In this document: positions 57,626 through 64,000 of the stretch, one piece after another
Position numbering within the stretch: the first letter of the stretch is position 1
How the letters are laid out: every line of letters begins with the position of its first letter
Origin: Puccinia triticina
Lineage: Eukaryota
Length of the DNA: 64,000 bases
Assembly (NCBI GenBank): GCA_026914245.1
Contig: CP110440.1
Coordinates: forward strand, 682,001 to 746,000
Direction: 5' to 3'
Translations under genes and position numbers: made by a program
Notes under the pieces: generated by a model
Told to the model about the DNA's origin: nothing
Databases searched by the model: none
What the model saw: only the letters and a program-made list of their open reading frames with translations

Positions 57626-57928
57626 GATGCTTCGGTGGATCTTCAGACTGAAAAACAAAAACGGCGAATAGGGTGCGGCTCACAGCGTGGCAGGTAATGC
57701 TTTCGACGTGTGTAGAGATGCCCGGAGGTGCTACTATGGAGGGGACTTACTTTTGTCTCTCCTATGCCCCGCGGCTGACGTCCTACAACAGCAATGAAAT
57801 AAAATTATTCCGGTCTTGATCCTGAAACGAGGAAACTGGACCGGTTTCAGATGATTCTCGAATTGCCCCGAAAGAAAAGCTCGAAAGAATCCAGCCTAAG
57901 CCCGCCAGTCCGTCTCGAAATCCTGAGG

Positions 57929-57978
57929 CGAGACTGTAAATCTTGAGGTCGCTGGTTCGATCCCGGCTCGGGGGACCA
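57929..57978 (+). other. 3' two-thirds of mature tRNA-Tyr(GTA) including CCA = extended PBS of the Gypsy element
   Basis: CGAGA-CTGTAAA-TCTTG-AGGTC-GCTGG-TTCGATC-CCGGC-TCGGGGG-A-CCA, ending 2 nt from the LTR. Confidence 0.9.
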
Positions 57979-58859
57979 AATATGGACTCCGGCCGTGCCA
58001 GGCGGAGGCAGTCGGGTAAGGGGAAAGTGCTTGAGTGCTGCCCTTGTTGGTGGTCCTGCGAAAAGTATCGAGAATAGTCAAACAGAAAAGTGATAGCGGT
58101 TGGGGGGGGGAAGGGATTTGTATGAGAGGGAACGAGGGGGGTGGAATACCCTCGGCGGTTTGGTTGGGTAAGAAGCTCAGAAGAAGAAGAAAGAAAGAAA
58201 ATGGAGGGAAGGCCGGCGCGTTTGTTGGACTATCAGAGGGTGATCAGATGAAGAAAAACTCAGAGACTTGGGATCTTCACGATCCGGATCAACAAACTCA
58301 GAACTCAAAAATATGATGATATTCCTTGTTGTCCAGAGGTGGATACCATGCGGATCCTTCCTCCAAGTTCCGCTGAACTTGGATTCAGGCCCGCAACATG
58401 CCGCGCGACGAGCCCTCGTGCCCGCCGCGCCCGTACAACTAAGATGAGCATGGAAGAGAGAACAACCAAAAAAGAGACAACAAAACAACAAACAAAGACC
58501 AAGAAAACAAACAAACCATAAACCAACCCTCCTCCAACTCAAACTCTCCAACGCGCGCCAGGTAGAAACAGAAGAAAAAAAAGAAAGACATGTGTAAAAG
58601 AAATGTAAAAAGTGGAAACTGAAACAAAACCAAACAAAACAAAAAGAGAAAAGAAGAAAAAGAAAAAAAAAGGAAAAGAGAGGAAGGGGGAAGAATGATA
58701 ACAGCTGCTTGAAAGGTCTTGAGGGGGTTGCGTGCGCCGCGCCGTTGGATTTAAAGCGTCTTGATGATCCTCTGGCCCTTTTTCTGGTGTCTTGATCCGA
58801 AGTACGCGCCTGAACACCACAGCGCGGGTATCTTCGGATACCCCCCCCTCAAAACGTGC

Positions 58860-59440
58860 TTACTGGTTGACTGCTGCATATGCCAGTCAACCGGGAGGCA
58901 CTTCTCCTGGCTGTTGACCAAGGGGGACTTCTCTTGGTCAACTGCTGCATAATGTTGTCGTCCAGAAGGGACGCCTCCCGGTCAACTGCTTGATATGGCT
59001 GTTGACTGGGAGGGACTCCTCCCGGTCGACTGCTCAATATGGGGAGGGACTCCTCCCGGTAGACTCATTGATATGGGGAGGGACTCCTCCCAGTTGACTG
59101 CTCATTATGACTGTTGACCGGGAGGGATTCCTCCCAGTTGACTGGTGTGTGTAGTCGTCAACCGGAAGGAATCCCTCCTGGTCGGCTGGTATGTCTACTT
59201 TTCAACAGGGAGGGATTCCTCCCGGTTGACTGGTGTGTATAGTTGTTGACCGGGAGGGATTCCTCCCGGTTAACTGGTGTGTATAGTTGTCCCTCCTGGT
59301 CAACTGGTATGTCTAGTTGTCAACCGGGAGGGACTCCTCCCGGTTGACTGGTTGATATGCCAGTCAACCGGGAAGGACTCATCCCGGTCAACTATTGTAT
59401 GTTGCTGTTGACCAGGAGGGACTCCCCCCAATCAACAGCA
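58860..59440. repeat. Array of self-palindromic ~40-bp units inside the hAT MITE
   Basis: Repeated GTCAACCGGGAGG-GA(C/T)T-CCTCCCGGTTGAC. Confidence 0.85.
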
Positions 59441-59935
59441 ACATGGAACGGCTTTATGGCTGCCAACCGCTGCAGCTCCCATACCCAATGGAGAGCGGAT
59501 ACCCACCGGAATACACGGGTACCCGCTGGATTCTGCCAGAAGCTCAGACATCTGCATCCGAATCTGCATCCGCTGGCAGGTACCCAAGGGCCTCCAGCGG
59601 ATAGCGGATACCGCAACGGGTTACGTGCACCCATCTCTAGGAACATTTTAAACAGTTCAGGAACATGTTAAACAGTTCAGGAACATGTTAAACAGTTCAG
59701 GAACATGTTACAGGGTGCGGGAACATGTTACATGGTGCACTGAACATTAACCATCAATCCTTCATTTTCCTGCATCATCATCCATCCACTCATTCATCCT
59801 TCATGATCCCCCAAAAAAAAAATCATTCTTTTATGGAAATCATCATTCATTTATTCCTGAACACCAATCATTTCTTTTCCATCATCATCATCATCATCAA
59901 TCAATCATTCTTTCCAACCATCCTTCTCAATCATT

Positions 59936-60860
59936 ATGGTTAGTTTCCCTGTGGATCCAACTCCTGGAAATCAAACCTCTTCAATCACTCCCAAACAGAA
60001 GAATTATCAGTGTTTATATTGCTTTCAGAAGGTTCACACCATCACTAGGTGCCATTTAGTTACTTATGATAAACAGAAAGGTTTAGTTAGACATATTGGT
60101 AAAGCAGGCATATGGCTTTCAGATAATTCCTACATCCCTTTAGATTTTTCTAGGTCTGTGAAAAGCTTAGTTGAACTTCTAGTAGCTGCTGGGACGCTTT
60201 CAGAAACCACCCAATTGGATCAGTAACACTCTTTGGACAGCTTATCAACCTCTTTGGACTTCAAATTTCATTCACAGAAATCTACATTATATACTCAGAT
60301 ACTCAAAAATTCAAATCATTCACAACCTTCAGAAATTACAATTATCAACCCCATCAATCATCATCAATCATTGCATTCTTCCATTGGCCTCAGTTAGGCA
60401 GGAAAATTATTGTATTCTTCAGAATGGAATTTAGTCTAATATGTGTCTGTCTCAAGGATATTGCCTTCAGCAGAGTTAGATCTTCTTAAACATTCACCCC
60501 TCATTGATAATTGGACCTTCTTTTGGATACTGGACTCTTTGGATTGGATACTGAACTATGGATACTCTGGATACATAGGACTATTTGACTTTGGATTGGA
60601 CTTGGATACCTTGGACTCAGATATACTGGACTTGGATTATACTTGGATTCTATTTGGCTTTGGACACTGGACTCTTTCTCCTTGGCTTTGGACACTGGAC
60701 TCTGGACTTTGGACTTCACCTTTGGAGGAGGAACACTGGACTTTGGATTCTTGGACTCAAAATTCTTCAACTCTTTCTGGATCACTCTTCTCTTTGGTGC
60801 ATTGCCTGGGGACAGACAATAAGTTGGGGGAGGATGTGGTGCTCCATTCCAAACCATAAG
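59936..60860 (+). mobile_element. Old Gypsy remnant (gag zinc-knuckle fragment, low-complexity repeats, PPT)
   Basis: CLYCFQKVHTITRC...WLSDNSYIPLDFSRSVK resembles the gag knuckle region at about 56420-56580; GGGGGAGGA followed by TGTGG at about 60826-60840. Confidence 0.6.
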
Positions 60861-61014
60861 TAGTATTTTATTGCTTTATTCATCATTACATTGCCCATCT
60901 CCTTATAACCCTTCACAAATACCTCATTATTATTGCATATTCAGATTCTACGCCAAATTTCACCTATAGTCACTCATACATAGTACCCCCTTATCTCCAA
61001 TGGTTCAGTAGTTA

Positions 61015-61044
61015 CTAGAGGACAAGGCGGCTTCGCCGCTGCAG
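61015..61044 (-). mobile_element. Helitron 3' terminus
   Basis: Minus strand CTGCA-GCGGCGAAGCCGC-CTTGTCCT-CTAG|T. Confidence 0.75.
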
Positions 61045-62429
61045 TTTTATGGTCCAACCTCATAGCTGAGTGCTGCATATAAATCACTCTATTTAGGTTG
61101 TGATGGATAATCACTTTACCATAAGTTCCACCTTGACCAAATGCATATTCTTCAAATTAGCCTTCATGCCTAGTTCATTATGCTTTAATTAAATATGATT
61201 GAGCTAATCTCTCTGCATTTGAGATTAGACATGCTTGTATGTAGTGATGCTTATACTAAGACTATCTTGTCTAATCTCCAGCATATCCCTAAACTGACTT
61301 GGCCGTGAGTCAGTAGAAATTGGGCAGGAGGAAGACTCGTTTCGCCGGACCATGGGGCTTGGTTGTAATCCATGTTTATTTGAAGGATTGCCCTGACTTC
61401 ATTATGTACATAAATAATTACCTCCCTTACCAGTGGAGGAGGTTGACTGTATTTTGTGTTTTGTGGGCACCTGTGTGTACTTTTTGCAAACGGACATCCC
61501 CCCTGACTCCTTGCACTCAGAACGTGGGTTATATCCCTCAGGACTGGCTAGATCTTTTCTAGCTGCCTGTTGGGCTTTCATTCCCCTCTGCATCCCTCCC
61601 CTTCCTTCATGAATCTTTTAAGGTTGACAAAACTGCCTAGTTTTGAGACTCGTCCTATACAATGCTGGAACACTTCCCTCCAATCTGCAGCCCCTGCAGA
61701 TGCTGTTTTACAGCCGCAAAACCTAAATTTTTGCGAAGAAATGCAGCCCCAGAGTCTAGAGAGGTGAGAGCTCTTACAAGATTTTGTTACAAGATGGACC
61801 AATTAGAGTGTTTGAGCAACATCTTGTTTTCCAATCTGCAGGTATCAATGCTGATCATGCATACCTGTGTGCCTGGTACAACAAGATAAAACAGCGTAGT
61901 CCACGAGGATTGCCTGTAGATCCTTTGGGCACACTTCTTTCAACTTATGGTTTCTCTAGGTTTCTCTCCACTGAACATCCCAACATCTGGATTCTTCCCC
62001 TCAAGATCGGGGCCTGCAGACACATACATCCTTGCAGACCAATGATCACCTCCGCATCTCTGACATCAGATTGGTCCAGCTCTGCCGCAGAATTATGCGC
62101 TAGTTGCTGTGAGCTTGGTTTCTGAGCGCGACGGGTAGGCCATCTCATGTCTGTGGATCGGATGGCCTCGTGACCATTGGCTTTGGGTAGTAATGGGGCC
62201 ACGGCCGGGGGAGAATCATACCATAGATCATGGAAAGAATTTGGATGCCTGCGCAAACCTTCTCGAGCCGCTTATCTGCCACACTTACAGTTACCACTAC
62301 ACATACGCTGTTCTAGATGGGCGTACTCAGGAACCGGTGAGAAAAACACCGCAGACTTTCTGGGCACAAGAACAAAAAATATTGGTGCGACGTTGTGTCC
62401 TCTTTAGGAGCTCTGTATGTAAACAGAAG

Positions 62430-63470
62430 TTTTAGACTGGGCGTCGGGGTCAGTTCATCTCGTCCATGATTTCAGCTAGTTCGGCTTCCCTACCAAAGTT
62501 TTCAACCAGCGTAAGAGTACAAGGAACGGAGAATTAGGTCATTAATTTTCAACACACGCATACACACTATTAAGAAGAAATCACTTACTCTTTGGCAGTC
62601 AGCTTGAACTGGGGTTCTTTTTTTGTGTGAGATGCAGGCTCGGCATGACTTGGGATAGAGTGGGTGCCAATGTGAGGGGCGAAGCGTCGCTGGAGAGTTG
62701 TCAGTTCCCATTTGCGCAGGGTCCCGTCTAAGCCCGAGCTGACGAGCCAGGGCTTGTGTGTCTGGGAGTCAATCCAGATTCTCAAGCAGTTGACCTCGTG
62801 CCAATGAGCTTTGAGGGCGCCGAACCAGCCATTAGAGACTGTCTTCAATGTGGCCGAAGGCTCTGGTTTGTGCAGCGGACGGCTGGACGAGACGGCCTGT
62901 TCCTGATGCTTGATAGCTTTGGCGTCGTAGATCCGGATATCTTTGTCCGTGCTGCCAGTGATCAACCATTTCGGAACGGCCGTCTCAGCGTGGACTGTCT
63001 GGGCGAAGAACAGGGGGAGGTTGAGGACGCAGCGGACGAAGTAAGGCTGCTCGATGCGAAGGATGTTGACGATCCGCTGGGTGGACGAGGGCAGGAAGTC
63101 GAGGGCAGAATGGAGGACGGCGTTGTTGGCAGAGGCCGTCCAGAGTTGCGCACTGGTCTGGTGGTCGATGTCGTGCCGCAGATCACAGTGATGTCATTGA
63201 TGCTTGTCTTGTGGGGACAGAAGGTGGAGTCAAGGGTGGCTTTGGTGGTCTGTACAATTGAGGGGATGAGCCAGACTTTGAGGGCGCCCATCAAATTGGC
63301 AGACACAAGCAGATGGGGCAAGGTGCCGCTCTTCCTGCTGGAGTACGTCTCTACCTCTGTCGGACAGACGGTCGGGTATGAGTTCAGAGAGTCAATCGGC
63401 CGGGTGTGTGATTTGAGGGTCCCGCAACACGCCATCGGAGGATAGAGGGCGTCCGGCCACGTGGTCTGAG
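62430..63470 (-). pseudogene. WD40-repeat protein 3' fragment, frameshifted
   Basis: LKSHTRPIDSL, HKTSINDI, LWTASADN, LITGSTDKDIRIYD and HWHEVNCL..LVSSGLDGTLRKWE. Frameshift near 63178, intron about 62491-62588, broken at 63471 by a TE end. Confidence 0.75.
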
Positions 63471-63560
63471 CAACAGGGGGTAGTTACGTTACGCTACGTT
63501 ACTCAAGCATTTTTTGTAACGTAACGTTTTTCGTTACTGTACCCAGTAACGGCAAGCAAA
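63471..63560. mobile_element. End of a CAACAG-family TIR element; other end not seen
   Basis: CAACAGGGGGTAGTTACGTTAC resembles the TIR of the 7763/8339 MITEs. Confidence 0.6.
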
Positions 63561-64000
63561 GAGCGCTTTGATGTTAGATTATGAATAAGCCCCACACCTC
63601 ATTATGAATACGCAGCAACTATCAAAGCGAGTCATCCAATTCTCACTAGCATCCAAGAAAAAGTACCGGTCGCAAACCTAACCTCGATTTTCACTCCACA
63701 TCAAAAACGACTCATGCGCACACAACCTTGCTGGTCTTTTCCTCACGCGTTTACATCATCATACTCGTGAGGAAGAGACTAGTAAGCACATCAACAATCA
63801 CTAACGTTATCCGCACATCAAACAAATCAAAACTAATCCAAACTTTATCCACCCCTTTTTCTTTCTCCCATCCTTTGTTTATCCTCCTATCCTTTCCGTT
63901 AAATCTAGACATAAAAACCTCTTGCGCGCGTCCCTCATAATCACCAAAAACAAAACTCAAATCAAATAATCCCTGCGTCATCGCAGGTATGCTATTTCAC

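Larger units (their letters stand above)
49328..58821 (-). mobile_element. Ty3/Gypsy LTR retrotransposon, near full-length, inactivated
   Basis: LTRs 57981-58821 (5') and 49328-49949 (3', about 219-bp deletion). PBS adjacent to 57978, PPT 49950-49961, TSD GCGT/GCGC; domain order gag-PR-RT-RH-IN. Confidence 0.95.
49226..59639. mobile_element. hAT MITE split by the Gypsy insertion, itself inserted in a 21-bp tandem repeat
   Basis: TAGAGATGGG / CCCATCTCTA TIRs; TSD GGAACGTG/GGAACATT (6/8). Confidence 0.78.

Noticed and set aside
57677..57772. Twister/hairpin/hammerhead ribozyme identity for the repeated motif
   Set aside because: Only partial resemblance (TAA...GAG, ATTACCTG); the catalytic cores are not present.
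57929..57978. Functional tRNA-Tyr gene
   Set aside because: No 5' acceptor strand or D arm; encoded CCA abuts the LTR, so it is a PBS.
58860..59440. CRISPR-like palindromic repeat array
   Set aside because: Spacers are short and similar to each other, repeats are degenerate, there are no cas genes, the context is eukaryotic, and it lies inside a MITE.

Overview
Eukaryotic, intron-rich fungal DNA. Gene style and TE families suggest a rust fungus (Pucciniales); this is inferred, not verified. There are two islands of host genes: ERG2 sterol C-8 isomerase, a RecQ helicase, an S53 sedolisin/tripeptidyl-peptidase and CDC7 kinase at 13.5-26.9 kb, and a PITH-domain gene with a divergent unknown gene at 38-42.5 kb. 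These sit in a dense, nested mobilome: a hAT transposase, two Mutator-like elements (one GCM-type with TIRs and a 9-bp TSD), a nearly complete Ty3/Gypsy element nested in a hAT MITE, about 8 solo LTRs, CACTA/Tc1/hAT MITEs, and two Helitron 3' ends, each next to a decayed intron-containing host-gene fragment (SerRS, WD40). The most unusual signals are in the Gypsy element: a 50-nt PBS copying the 3' two-thirds of mature tRNA-Tyr, a -1 frameshift cassette between PR and RT, five copies of a covarying hairpin motif containing GTAAGT, and 4-bp CpG-containing TSDs. Also notable are LTRs carrying tRNA-like Pol III boxes and CAA...TTG MITEs with 7-bp TSDs. All coordinates were counted by eye; exon boundaries are approximate.
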